64,000 nucleotides of DNA from Desulfobulbaceae bacterium (GTDB taxonomy: Bacteria > Desulfobacterota > Desulfobulbia > Desulfobulbales > SURF-16). Numbering within the stretch: the first letter of the stretch is position 1; every line of letters begins with the position of its first letter. A program made the translations under genes and the position numbers. The stretch lies in contig JAGXFQ010000039.1 in assembly GCA_024637145.1 (NCBI GenBank), forward strand, positions 2,860 to 66,859, written 5' to 3'. The notes beneath the pieces are model-generated. The model saw only the letters and a program-made list of their open reading frames with translations, searched no databases and had not been told where the DNA came from. This document shows, one piece after another, positions 8,987 to 17,433 of this stretch.

Positions 8987-9656
8987 GGGACCCTTCTCTC
9001 TATTTAAAAAAAGCCAAGGCCGCCCTTGACACCTCCTCTTTTTTTTTTTGCATATCTTTTACGTTCTTCTGCAAAGATGCTGCCTACTTCCTGACGCTGT
9101 CGCCTCTCTGCAATGAGATGGCCTGCACTCCCTCCTTACCTTCTGTTCCCTGGCACATGATTGTTCGTTTGGGGCGCCATCGAGGCGCTGGTCCCGCACG
9201 CTATTGACAGGGGCTGCAGGCTGCATTGAGAGAGAGGGCGGGTGCAGCATGACCCCCCACACAGGGGCAATTTAACATCAGGAAACAGTTTGCTATCTTG
9301 ACCTTACAGAACCTGCACCCGCAAGAAACTTTGATAATGGCATGGTCATCTTCGAAAAAAAAGGATATTCTTTCACTGACTTGCCATGATATGGAATGAT
9401 ACCGGCAAGAAGGGAATTTGCAGGGGTGACGCCTGGGGTACAGGAATCACCTCCAGACAATCAAGAAAAAGAAAAGCCAAGGGCATTCTTTTCTTCTTTC
9501 GTATACCTAGTTAATGATAGTCGTGCCCTGCTGTCCGCGACCAACAATGCCCTTGTGCAGGCAGAGGCGTTGATCTGGCAATCACCACCAGGAAAAAAAC
9601 AAGAATTCCTCCTTTTTTCAGCAGCAATCAAGGCCACCTCATATCGTTGCTATATT

Positions 9657-12600
9657 ATGAATCCCTTCGCCATTGCCAAAATCAACAGCCCGTCTCCGCC
9701 TGAGGGCCTGCTTCGCCAGAGATTGTTCCGACTCATCGACTCCCCCCCCCTGCGCCCGATTATGTGGATTTGCGGTCCGGCCGGCTCGGGCAAGACCACC
9801 TTGGCGGCCAGCTACCTGTCGTTTCAGCAGCACCGCAATCTGTGGTATCAGGTCGATGCAGGCGACGCAGATATCGCGACGTTTTTTCACTACCTGGGTC
9901 TGGCGAGCCAAAATGCCGCTCCCCGGCCCCCACAACTGCCGATCTTTTCCCCTGAATATCTCGAAGAGATAACCGTTTTCGCCCGGAGATATTTCATCGA
10001 GCTGTTCGCCGCAGTGGCAGACAACAGGGATGGCGACAGCGCTGCGGACAACCCCTACTTCCTCACTATTGACAACTACCAGGACGTCCCGCCTGAAGCG
10101 CCGTTGCATGAGGCGCTGGCGGCCGGCCTTGATGCGCTGCCCACCGGGATCAGGGTTATCGTCATCAGCAGGGAGGAGCCACCCCGGCAATACACCCGTC
10201 TGCGGGCCAATGGCCGTATCGCCATGATCGGCTGGAGCGACCTCAGGTTTACCCGGGAAGAATCCAGCGCCCTGCTCACCCACCACTACCAGGTAAAACA
10301 CAGTGCCGGTGACCTGGATCTGCTCTATGCCAGGTCTCAGGGCTGGGCAGCCGGACTGGTACTCTTTAACGAAAGCCTGCATATTGACAACACAGCCCTC
10401 AGCTTTCCGGAAGAATCGCCGCCCCATGAGGAGATTTTCGAATATTTCGCCGAAGAAGTCTACCGGCACCTGGCCACTGATATTCGTTCTTTTTTGATAA
10501 AAACAGCCTTTCTGCCGCAGATAACGCCACAATGCGCCGGGATTATCGCAGAAACAGAGCAGGCGGCCGCCATCCTCAGCACCCTGAGCCGCAGAAACTG
10601 CTTTACGGAAAGGCGAATCCTGCCCCAGCTTACCTATCAGTATCACCCGCTTTTTCGAGAATTTCTTCTCACCAAGGCGGCCACGCTCTTTTCCGCCCCG
10701 GCCATTGTGCGCTTGCAGCGCCAGGCAGCCCAGCTCCTGGAGAAGAACGGGCGCATTGAGGATGCGGTAGCGCTGCTCCTGGACGGGGACGACTGGGACG
10801 AACTTGTGCCGATTCTCGCCGCCAATATTCCTCTGCTGCTGGCCCAGGGCAGAGCCAAAACCGTCCAGGAATGGCTGCATAAAATTCCCGAGAAGATCCG
10901 GATACAGAACACCATACTCACCTATTATCTCGGCATCTGCCGGATGCATCTTGATCCGGCGGCCGCCTTGGCACTCCTTGAAACCTCTTTCAGAGAGGCC
11001 TGCCAACAAGGCAATGATGCCCTGGCCCTGACCAGTTGGTCGGATGCGGTGATCACTATCCTGCATGGCTGGAACGATTTCACCATCCTCGATAACTGGA
11101 TTGCCTGGCTGGAAATTAGGGTGGAGAGGGAACCGCCCCTGCCGGCCGGCAAAATCGAAGCCAAGGTGGCAGTCAGCATGGCCGGGGCCCTTATTTTCCG
11201 ACGCCCGGATCAGCCCGCAATGATCAGGCCGTGGCTGAACAGGGCTCTGCAGCTGAGCCGGGAAACGGCTGACGCCAATCTTCAGGCCCAGATTATCTGC
11301 TACGCCCTGCAGTATTACAGTTCTCTAGGCGACACCATCAATACCGAGGTTATCCTCCTGGAACTCAGGAGCATCCCCAGTGCCGCAATCACCTCGCCAA
11401 CGGCCGTTATCACCCTGAAGTGGATTGAAGCCGTGTCCTGCAACTGGCGGCTGGCAAACCCGGAGGCGGGCCTGCGGTTAATCAACGAAGGCCTGGACTT
11501 TGCCAAGGCCAACGGCCTCTCTTCCGGCAACGACGTCCTTTTTGCCGTGGGGGCCTATTGTGCCCTGCTCAAGGGCGATTTAGCCAGGGCCGGAGACTTC
11601 ATCAGGCGTATCGAAAAGACCCTCAACCGCAACAGATTTCACAGTTTCTGCCAGTACAATTACATCACCGCTTTTTATCAACTCTTGCAGGGGGATGTCC
11701 CTGCCGCCCAGCGCCACGCAGAAATCGCCTTACAATATGCCTCTGAAACCGGGATCTTTTTCCCGGTGCTGTTCTGCCGGCTGGCCCTGGCGCACATCAC
11801 GCTGGAGAGCGGTGATTATCAGCAAGCCGGCGAACACCTTGACCTGGTTGCTGAGCCGCTGACAAAGTCGGAAAGCGGCATTTTGACCTATTCCTTTGAA
11901 CTGGCCCGGGCGCGTCTGGCCTTGGCCACCGGCAAAAAAGCCGAGGGGCTCTTTTTTCTCCGTCAGGCCCTGCAACTTGCCCGCAAAAACGGCTACACCT
12001 GGCTCTTTTGGTGGTGGCACCCCGCCAGCATGGCGCGGCTATGCGCTATTGCCCTGGAAGCGGGCATTGAAGTGACCTATACGCAAAAGATCATCCGCAC
12101 CTGCAGGCTCAAACCGGCAGCACGGGCCGTCATCTCAGATACCTGGCCCTATCCTTTACAGATCACAACTCTGGGACGTTTTGGCATCATCCAGGATGGC
12201 CAGCCTTTGCTCTTTTCAGGAAAAGAGCCGCGTAAGCCCCTGGAGATGCTTAAGGCTCTGATCGCCTTTGGCGGCGATAATGTCAGAGAAGAACAGATAA
12301 GTGAGGCCCTCTGGCCGGAAGCAGACGGCGACGCAGCCCACAAATCCTTTGAAGTCTGCCTGGTCCGGCTCCGGAAACTGGTGGGCGGCCAGCAGGCCAT
12401 CCGTTGTCAAGGCGGCCTGGTAAGCATCAAGGCCGGATGGTGCCGGGTTGACGCCCTGGTTCTTGCCGATATTCTCGAGGAGGCTGAAAAATCGTGGCTG
12501 CACGCAGACCACCGACCGGCCGCGGCCTTGCCGGCGGATCATTTCGGTCAGGCCGTGCACAAAGCGGAGGGGGCGGTGAACATATACAATGGTGACTTTC

Positions 12601-12926
12601 TTCCTGCTGAGACCCATCAGGCCTGGGCCATATCGTATCGAGAGCGCTTGCGAAACAGAACCATACAGCTGCTGGCCCGCCTGGCTGCCCACTGGCAGAG
12701 GACCGGCGCCCTGGAAAAAACCCTGGCCTGTTACCAGCGCGGTCTGGAAATCGATGCACTGCGGGAAGAATTTTATCAGCAACTCATGGTCTGCCAGCAG
12801 CAACTGGGGCGGCATGCCGAGGCGGTAATCACCTATCAGCGCTGCCACCAAGCCCTCTCCGCCGACCTTGGTATTCGCCCCTCACCGACAACAGAAGGCA
12901 TCTTCCGCACAATCACTACCTCCTGA
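9657..12926 (+). CDS. Large STAND/MalT-like ATPase regulator with helical-repeat middle and C-terminal winged-helix + BTAD (SARP-type) module
   Basis: Track ORF 9396..12926 trimmed to the ATG at 9657 (MNPFAIAKINSPSPPEGLLRQRL.., MalT-like N-terminus). It has Walker A ICGPAGSGKTTLA, Walker B-like FLTIDNYQDV, and a long TPR-like helical region. The C-terminus ITTLGRFGIIQDGQPL..EEQISEALWPE..VRLRKL plus REEFYQQLMVCQQQLGRHAEAVITYQRC is typical of SARP wHTH+BTAD. Confidence 0.75.
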   Translation: MNPFAIAKINSPSPPEGLLRQRLFRLIDSPPLRPIMWICGPAGSGKTTLAASYLSFQQHRNLWYQVDAGDADIATFFHYLGLASQNAAPRPPQLPIFSPEYLEEITVFARRYFIELFAAVADNRDGDSAADNPYFLTIDNYQDVPPEAPLHEALAAGLDALPTGIRVIVISREEPPRQYTRLRANGRIAMIGWSDLRFTREESSALLTHHYQVKHSAGDLDLLYARSQGWAAGLVLFNESLHIDNTALSFPEESPPHEEIFEYFAEEVYRHLATDIRSFLIKTAFLPQITPQCAGIIAETEQAAAILSTLSRRNCFTERRILPQLTYQYHPLFREFLLTKAATLFSAPAIVRLQRQAAQLLEKNGRIEDAVALLLDGDDWDELVPILAANIPLLLAQGRAKTVQEWLHKIPEKIRIQNTILTYYLGICRMHLDPAAALALLETSFREACQQGNDALALTSWSDAVITILHGWNDFTILDNWIAWLEIRVEREPPLPAGKIEAKVAVSMAGALIFRRPDQPAMIRPWLNRALQLSRETADANLQAQIICYALQYYSSLGDTINTEVILLELRSIPSAAITSPTAVITLKWIEAVSCNWRLANPEAGLRLINEGLDFAKANGLSSGNDVLFAVGAYCALLKGDLARAGDFIRRIEKTLNRNRFHSFCQYNYITAFYQLLQGDVPAAQRHAEIALQYASETGIFFPVLFCRLALAHITLESGDYQQAGEHLDLVAEPLTKSESGILTYSFELARARLALATGKKAEGLFFLRQALQLARKNGYTWLFWWWHPASMARLCAIALEAGIEVTYTQKIIRTCRLKPAARAVISDTWPYPLQITTLGRFGIIQDGQPLLFSGKEPRKPLEMLKALIAFGGDNVREEQISEALWPEADGDAAHKSFEVCLVRLRKLVGGQQAIRCQGGLVSIKAGWCRVDALVLADILEEAEKSWLHADHRPAAALPADHFGQAVHKAEGAVNIYNGDFLPAETHQAWAISYRERLRNRTIQLLARLAAHWQRTGALEKTLACYQRGLEIDALREEFYQQLMVCQQQLGRHAEAVITYQRCHQALSADLGIRPSPTTEGIFRTITTS

Positions 12927-13095
12927 TCCGTGCTGTTTCCCCTTTTTTATTTTTTCCCAGACACCATCTGTAGGTAATCTGTAAGTAGCTGCGTGCTAAT
13001 CTTTCCTCTGTTTTTTGGCCGCTGGCCCCATTGCCAAAGCTCCCCGGTGCCGGATCCTGCCGGCTCTTACTATTCCAGAACAGGAGTGACAGACA

Positions 13096-13629
13096 ATGCC
13101 CCCTATATTGCATAAGAAACTGATAGTGGTCGGCATAATGCTTCTCTTAACCACAATTGCCGGCCGGCAAACAGGTGCTGCTACACCTGTGGCGCCGATG
13201 CTTGAGATGACGGCAGATGGCCGCAAGTTCATCAAATCCCAAGGGAAAACTTCCGCGGATATTGCCAGGACGATTCCCGCCAAAGAAAGTATCGGGCTGC
13301 CCATCTATCCCGGCGCTTATTTCGCCTCCCATCTCGACAATGTGGGCAGCAACGGCACCCTACTGGCGGCGCTCAATTTAGTTGCCGAGGACTCGCCGGC
13401 GCAGATAGAGGCATGGTATCGTAAAAATCTCAGCGACTGGTCCTACAGTGACACCTTCGCCCTTTTCTACAAAGGCCAGGGGGAAATCAACATGGGCAGC
13501 CTGATGGAAATACCGACCATTACCATTACGGACGAAGCTGATCCCGCTTTGCAGGGTTTTGATTTGATGTTTTATGAATCCCAGAAGATCAAGTCCCGCA
13601 TCATCATACGCTATGTGCCAGGGAAATAA
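13096..13629 (+). CDS. Exported/anchored hypothetical protein (first gene of CsgG-centred locus)
   Basis: AGGAG lies upstream. There is an N-terminal hydrophobic segment (LIVVGIMLLLTTIAG). The C-terminal approx 110 aa (LPIYPGAYF...IEAWYRKNL) share a pattern with both halves of the 16462-17328 lipoprotein. Confidence 0.65.
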   Translation: MPPILHKKLIVVGIMLLLTTIAGRQTGAATPVAPMLEMTADGRKFIKSQGKTSADIARTIPAKESIGLPIYPGAYFASHLDNVGSNGTLLAALNLVAEDSPAQIEAWYRKNLSDWSYSDTFALFYKGQGEINMGSLMEIPTITITDEADPALQGFDLMFYESQKIKSRIIIRYVPGK

Positions 13630-13702
13630 CCTGCAATGGCTGGCTTGTCGCGGTGCGGCACCGGCTATATCTACAGACCAATGAGCAAAAAAGAGGGGGA
13701 AA

Positions 13703-14422
13703 ATGAAAACCATATCTTGTAAAATAATGATCCTTTTATGGCTTGTTTTGCCGGCTGCTGCCTACGGCTGGGGAGAATCAGCACCTGAGATGGACAACTC
13801 CGCCACCACCCAGAAGCTGCAGAGCCTGCCCCGTCCACAGGGGCCCCGCAAGGCCGTCACCATTTACCAGTTCCGCAGTGCGGTGCAGGAAGTGAGTGCT
13901 GCCATGGCCACGGATATGTTTGCCACCGCCTTGATCAAATCAGGGTCGTTCCGGGTCATGGAGCGCCAGCGCTTACACGAAGGGGTGATGCAGGAACGGC
14001 AGCTCAATGCCCAAGGCCTGACCTCCGGCGATTCCGCCAATCAGCAACTGAAGGCCGCGGATTACATCTTTGAAGGGGCGGTTACCGAGGCCAATAGCCA
14101 GGAAAAGAGTACCGGTATCGGCGCCACCTTCAAGGGCCTGGGACTCGGCAGCAAAAGCAAAAAGGCCCAGATCGGCCTTGACTTACGGGTGATCAGCGCC
14201 GCCACAGGCGAAGTGCTCGATTCCGTAAATGTCCGCAAAAAAGTCGATCAGAGCGGTATTTCCGTGGCCGGCATCGGTCGTTTCGCGCAATCCTTCACCA
14301 AGGAAAACCTGCATGGCGCCGATCTGGACGTTGATCATGCCCGCAAGGAAGGGGTGGATAAGGCCTTACGGGCCTGTATTGAGGAAGCCGTCTACCAACT
14401 GGTAACCCGTTATGGCGACTGA
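13703..14422 (+). CDS. CsgG-family outer-membrane secretion-channel protein (no lipobox)
   Basis: It aligns by eye along its whole length with E. coli CsgG. LPRPQGPRKAVTIYQF matches LPAPTGKIFVSVYNI, ATDMFATALIKSGSFRVMERQRL matches ATAMLVTALKDSRWFIPLERQGL, and AADYIFEGAVTE..IGLDLRVISAATGEVLDSVNV matches AANIMVEGSIIG..IAVNLRVVNVSTGEILSSVNT. The signal peptide ends ..PAAAYG/WG with no L-x-x-C. Confidence 0.85.
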   Translation: MKTISCKIMILLWLVLPAAAYGWGESAPEMDNSATTQKLQSLPRPQGPRKAVTIYQFRSAVQEVSAAMATDMFATALIKSGSFRVMERQRLHEGVMQERQLNAQGLTSGDSANQQLKAADYIFEGAVTEANSQEKSTGIGATFKGLGLGSKSKKAQIGLDLRVISAATGEVLDSVNVRKKVDQSGISVAGIGRFAQSFTKENLHGADLDVDHARKEGVDKALRACIEEAVYQLVTRYGD

Positions 14423-15695
14423 AAAACGCATGTGGCTGCCCCTGCTGGCGGCACTGGTCTTGGTGATCTGGGTCGGCCTGGTCCAGGCGGAATCACGGCG
14501 GCCGCAGGGGACAGCCAGCAAAAGGGCCATTGAGCTTGCCGTCAATGCCACCCCCCTGATGGCCCGCTTCCCCTTTGATGTGACCTCGCCGCTGGATCGG
14601 GGCTTTCATTTCAGCAACGGCCGCCATCTGCTCTATGCCGTCCCGGTGCAGCCTGGTCAATTCTATTCCCTGGCCCTGACCTTTCCGGTCTTGAGCCAGG
14701 AAGTGGCAGTGACGCTCTATGACCGCTGGCCCTGGGCACCAGGAGCCCGCCAAGCCCGCCTGCCCTTTCCGGTCCTGGGCAGTAACCAGGGCCCCCTTGA
14801 ATGCTTCTGGGATTTCGGCATTTCTCCTCACTCCTCCGGCTCCATTATTTATATCGCCCTGGAAGCCTCCTCCCCCCTTGATCGCGGCGCAACCTATCTC
14901 CCCCATACGGTTTTTATCAGCTCGTCTGCCGGGCGCACCAGAGGCCACGGACAGCAGGGCGTTCATGTCATGGAGGGACCCAGAAGCTTCCAGGTGGTGG
15001 CCAGTCAATATGGTGGTGGCTCGCCCATGGCGGTGGCTGCCATGGAAAGTTCACCGGCCAGCCCGGCGACCCACGCCATCCCCCCGGAACTCCTGAATCG
15101 GCCGCTTCCCGGGGATCTGCTCCGCAACAGCCGCTTCCAGCAGGGACTCCTGCATTGGGAGCCGTCCCAGGACCCTGACAACAAAGCGCCGGTGCTGGCG
15201 GCCGTCACGGACGAGGGCCTGCGCCTCTGGAGTCAGGAAGGCCGGGGCCGGATCAGGATGACGCAGCAGATCGGCGCGGATGTTCGGGATGCAAAGGCCC
15301 TCTTCCTGCGTGCCCAGGTAAAAATCAGCCAACAGACATCAGTCGGACTCGGCAGCGGCCGCGAGGCGCCGGTGGCCATTGCCGTGTGCTACCAGGATAC
15401 CGAGGGTGCTTCCCATTGCGGGCAGGACGCTTTCTGGCAGGGTTTTTTCATCCTGGATCCGCCGGATGGCAAGCCGCCGCTCCATGGCCGGCAAGTGTCC
15501 CCGGGGCTCTGGTATCAATATATCACGGATCTCACCACCCTCGACCCCCCTCCCGCCATGATCAAGTCGATAACCCTGGAAGGCGCCGGCTGGCCCGAAT
15601 GGACGGGCTGGGTGCAGGAAGTGCATCTGCTCAAGCGCAGCAGTACCACGGCAGAGGCAGCCGAAGGCGGGGAAGCCTTTGGTCGGTCTCAGTGA
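14412..15695 (+). CDS. Exported hypothetical protein with C-terminal jelly-roll/CBM-like region
   Basis: The start overlaps the CsgG-like stop by 11 nt. The signal peptide is MWLPLLAALVLVIWVGLVQA. The C-terminal approx 170 aa begin NSRFQQGLLHWEP, a pattern common at the start of CBM4_9/galactose-binding-like domains. Confidence 0.6.
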   Translation: MATEKRMWLPLLAALVLVIWVGLVQAESRRPQGTASKRAIELAVNATPLMARFPFDVTSPLDRGFHFSNGRHLLYAVPVQPGQFYSLALTFPVLSQEVAVTLYDRWPWAPGARQARLPFPVLGSNQGPLECFWDFGISPHSSGSIIYIALEASSPLDRGATYLPHTVFISSSAGRTRGHGQQGVHVMEGPRSFQVVASQYGGGSPMAVAAMESSPASPATHAIPPELLNRPLPGDLLRNSRFQQGLLHWEPSQDPDNKAPVLAAVTDEGLRLWSQEGRGRIRMTQQIGADVRDAKALFLRAQVKISQQTSVGLGSGREAPVAIAVCYQDTEGASHCGQDAFWQGFFILDPPDGKPPLHGRQVSPGLWYQYITDLTTLDPPPAMIKSITLEGAGWPEWTGWVQEVHLLKRSSTTAEAAEGGEAFGRSQ

Positions 15696-15726
15696 TGCGA
15701 CAATAATTCAGAAAAAGGAGAAAAGG

Positions 15727-16425
15727 ATGGACAACACTCAAGCTCAGGATCCGCAGGGGATAGGAGAGCAGATTAAGGCCACTCCGGCCACAGCCCTTGA
15801 GGTGATCACCAACCCAACCGGATTTTTCCGGCAGATGCCGAAAACCGGCGGCTTTCTGCCGCCACTAATCTTTATGATTGTGATGGGCGCCATCGGGGGC
15901 CTGCTGCAGGCCATTCTGGGTCTTTTTGGCCTGGGCAGCGCCGATGTGATAAGCGGCCTGATCGCCTTGATCCTGATGCCCATCATGGTTGCCATCTTCA
16001 GTTTCGTGGGCGCTGCCATTCTTTTTGTGTTCTGGAAGATTCTCGGCTCAACGGAATCGTATGAGACCGCGTTTCGGTGCGGGGCCTATACCGCGGCCAT
16101 CATGCCCATTACCATCCTTTTGAATATCATTCCTTACCTGGGCGGCATCCTGGGGCTGGCCTGGATGACCTTTCTGCTGGTGCAGGCGAGCATCGAAGTG
16201 CATGGCCTGGCGGCCAAGAAGGCCTGGATCGCCTTTGGCATCCTCTTTGCCCTTCTGGCAATCAGTTCCATCACCACGGAGATCGCTACCCGCAAAATTT
16301 CCAGAAGCATGGCAGAGTGGCAGCAGACCAACCAGGCCCAAATTGATGAGATGAGTCCCGAGGAGGCCGGCAAGGCCATGGGGAAATTCCTGAAGGCCTT
16401 TGAAGAGGCGGCTGAAAAGGAATAA
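15727..16425 (+). CDS. Yip1-like polytopic membrane protein
   Basis: Trimmed to the ATG at 15727, which has AAAAAGGAGAAAAGG upstream. There is a short soluble N-terminus (..NPTGFFRQMPKTGG), then about 5 TM helices. The architecture and motif resemble bacterial Yip1-domain proteins. Confidence 0.55.
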   Translation: MDNTQAQDPQGIGEQIKATPATALEVITNPTGFFRQMPKTGGFLPPLIFMIVMGAIGGLLQAILGLFGLGSADVISGLIALILMPIMVAIFSFVGAAILFVFWKILGSTESYETAFRCGAYTAAIMPITILLNIIPYLGGILGLAWMTFLLVQASIEVHGLAAKKAWIAFGILFALLAISSITTEIATRKISRSMAEWQQTNQAQIDEMSPEEAGKAMGKFLKAFEEAAEKE

Positions 16426-16461
16426 TTTTCTACAAAGCTTAGATTACAAAAGGTGCTGCCA

Positions 16462-17328
16462 ATGACAAAAATTTTCATTTCTCTTATGACATTCATCATG
16501 CTCGCCTTACCCGGCTGCAGCTCTGATCCGGCAGAAAAGCAAACCAGGGAGAGTGACAACGGACCTGCCGAATCGGCCCGACAAAAGGCTGTAGCCGACG
16601 CCCATGGCGGGCAAGAGGGCCTCTCTGTGCCTCAGGGCTATCCGGAAGAACTTGTACCGATCATGCCTGGCAAGATTGTGGGCGGTGCTTCAGGCCCGCA
16701 GGAAGTATGGGTCCAGTTTCTGGTGAATAAGGAGCTTGAGGCGGTAGCTGCTTATTACAAAGATGTTCTGAGCAAGGGGAAGTTGACAAACGCCCTGAAA
16801 ATGGGTGATGACCTCTATATGATCGACGGGGAAATCGAGGGGAAAAGCATTGACATCAAGGTTTCACCGCCGCAGCAGGATGACAGTTTCAAAACGCATG
16901 TTATGATTACCATCAAGGGAGATTTTGGACCTCTGCAGCAAAAGAGCGGCGCTGCCGGAGCTGATCAAACCATGGCGAACAAGGATATCCAGGATCTGGC
17001 AAAGCTCCCGGCTGATTATCCCCTGGACCTGGTCCCCCTCTATGGCGGCAGCAAAATTACCCATGCCGAAAAAACGACGTACAACGGCAAGATGATTTTC
17101 TTGGTGAAAACAATATCCACTGCTAATAAAGATGCGGTTCATGCCTTTTATAAAGAAGTGTTGCGGGAGGCAAAGGATAAAGAAGAAGCGGTTTTGTTTG
17201 GCGGCAAGATGTATACGCTTGCCGGCGTGCTTGGAAAATATAAAACCAGCTTGCTTTTTGGCAATTATGATATTGAAGGCAGCAGTTTCAAGTCTCTCTG
17301 TACCATCCAGCTTGATATTTTAGAATGA
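16462..17328 (+). CDS. Lipoprotein with two tandem copies of an approx 110-aa domain
   Basis: Lipobox LALPGC after MTKIFISLMTFIM. The two halves (PQGYPEELVPIMPG...AVAAYYKDVL and PADYPLDLVPLYGG...AVHAFYKEVL) are clearly related to each other and to the 13096-13629 product. Confidence 0.65.
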   Translation: MTKIFISLMTFIMLALPGCSSDPAEKQTRESDNGPAESARQKAVADAHGGQEGLSVPQGYPEELVPIMPGKIVGGASGPQEVWVQFLVNKELEAVAAYYKDVLSKGKLTNALKMGDDLYMIDGEIEGKSIDIKVSPPQQDDSFKTHVMITIKGDFGPLQQKSGAAGADQTMANKDIQDLAKLPADYPLDLVPLYGGSKITHAEKTTYNGKMIFLVKTISTANKDAVHAFYKEVLREAKDKEEAVLFGGKMYTLAGVLGKYKTSLLFGNYDIEGSSFKSLCTIQLDILE

Positions 17329-17330
17329 TT

Positions 17331-17356
17331 GCCGGGACGGGATCCCGGCCTTTTTT
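17331..17356 (+). terminator. Rho-independent terminator inside the exported-protein locus
   Basis: GCCGGGA(17331-37)-CGGGA-TCCCGGC(17343-49), followed by C + TTTTTT (17351-56). It starts 3 nt after the stop codon at 17326-28. Confidence 0.6.
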
Positions 17357-17368
17357 GTCCCACCGACT

Positions 17369-17384
17369 TGGCGGTGCCATTGCT
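17369..17384 (+). promoter_or_regulatory. Sigma-54-type -24/-12 promoter candidate
   Basis: TGGCGGTGCCATTGCT has GG at 17370-71 and GC at 17382-83 with 10 nt between them (TGGC-N7-TTGCT). It lies 50 nt upstream of the ATG at 17434. Confidence 0.45.
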
Positions 17385-17433
17385 TGAGATCTTCAGCGCC
17401 TGGCCGCCAGAAACGCAAGGCAGGAGAAAAAAA

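Noticed and set aside
9014-9049. T11 run (9039-9049) after the FlaG-like gene as an intrinsic terminator.
   Set aside because: The only nearby stem (CAAGG-CCGC-CCTTG, approx 9014-9027) is 5 bp and is separated from the T run by about 10 nt. This is not a canonical terminator geometry.
9396-9656. Upstream 87-codon extension of the regulator ORF.
   Set aside because: The extension has no similarity to MalT/STAND N-termini. The ATG at 9657 reproduces the MalT-like beginning about 35 aa before the Walker A.
9639-11066. 475-aa minus-strand ORF inside the large regulator gene.
   Set aside because: It is entirely antisense to a gene with clear Walker A, TPR and BTAD features. Its composition is Arg/Gly/Pro/Gln-rich, it has no recognisable motifs, and it has no start context. 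This is a typical shadow ORF of GC-rich coding DNA.
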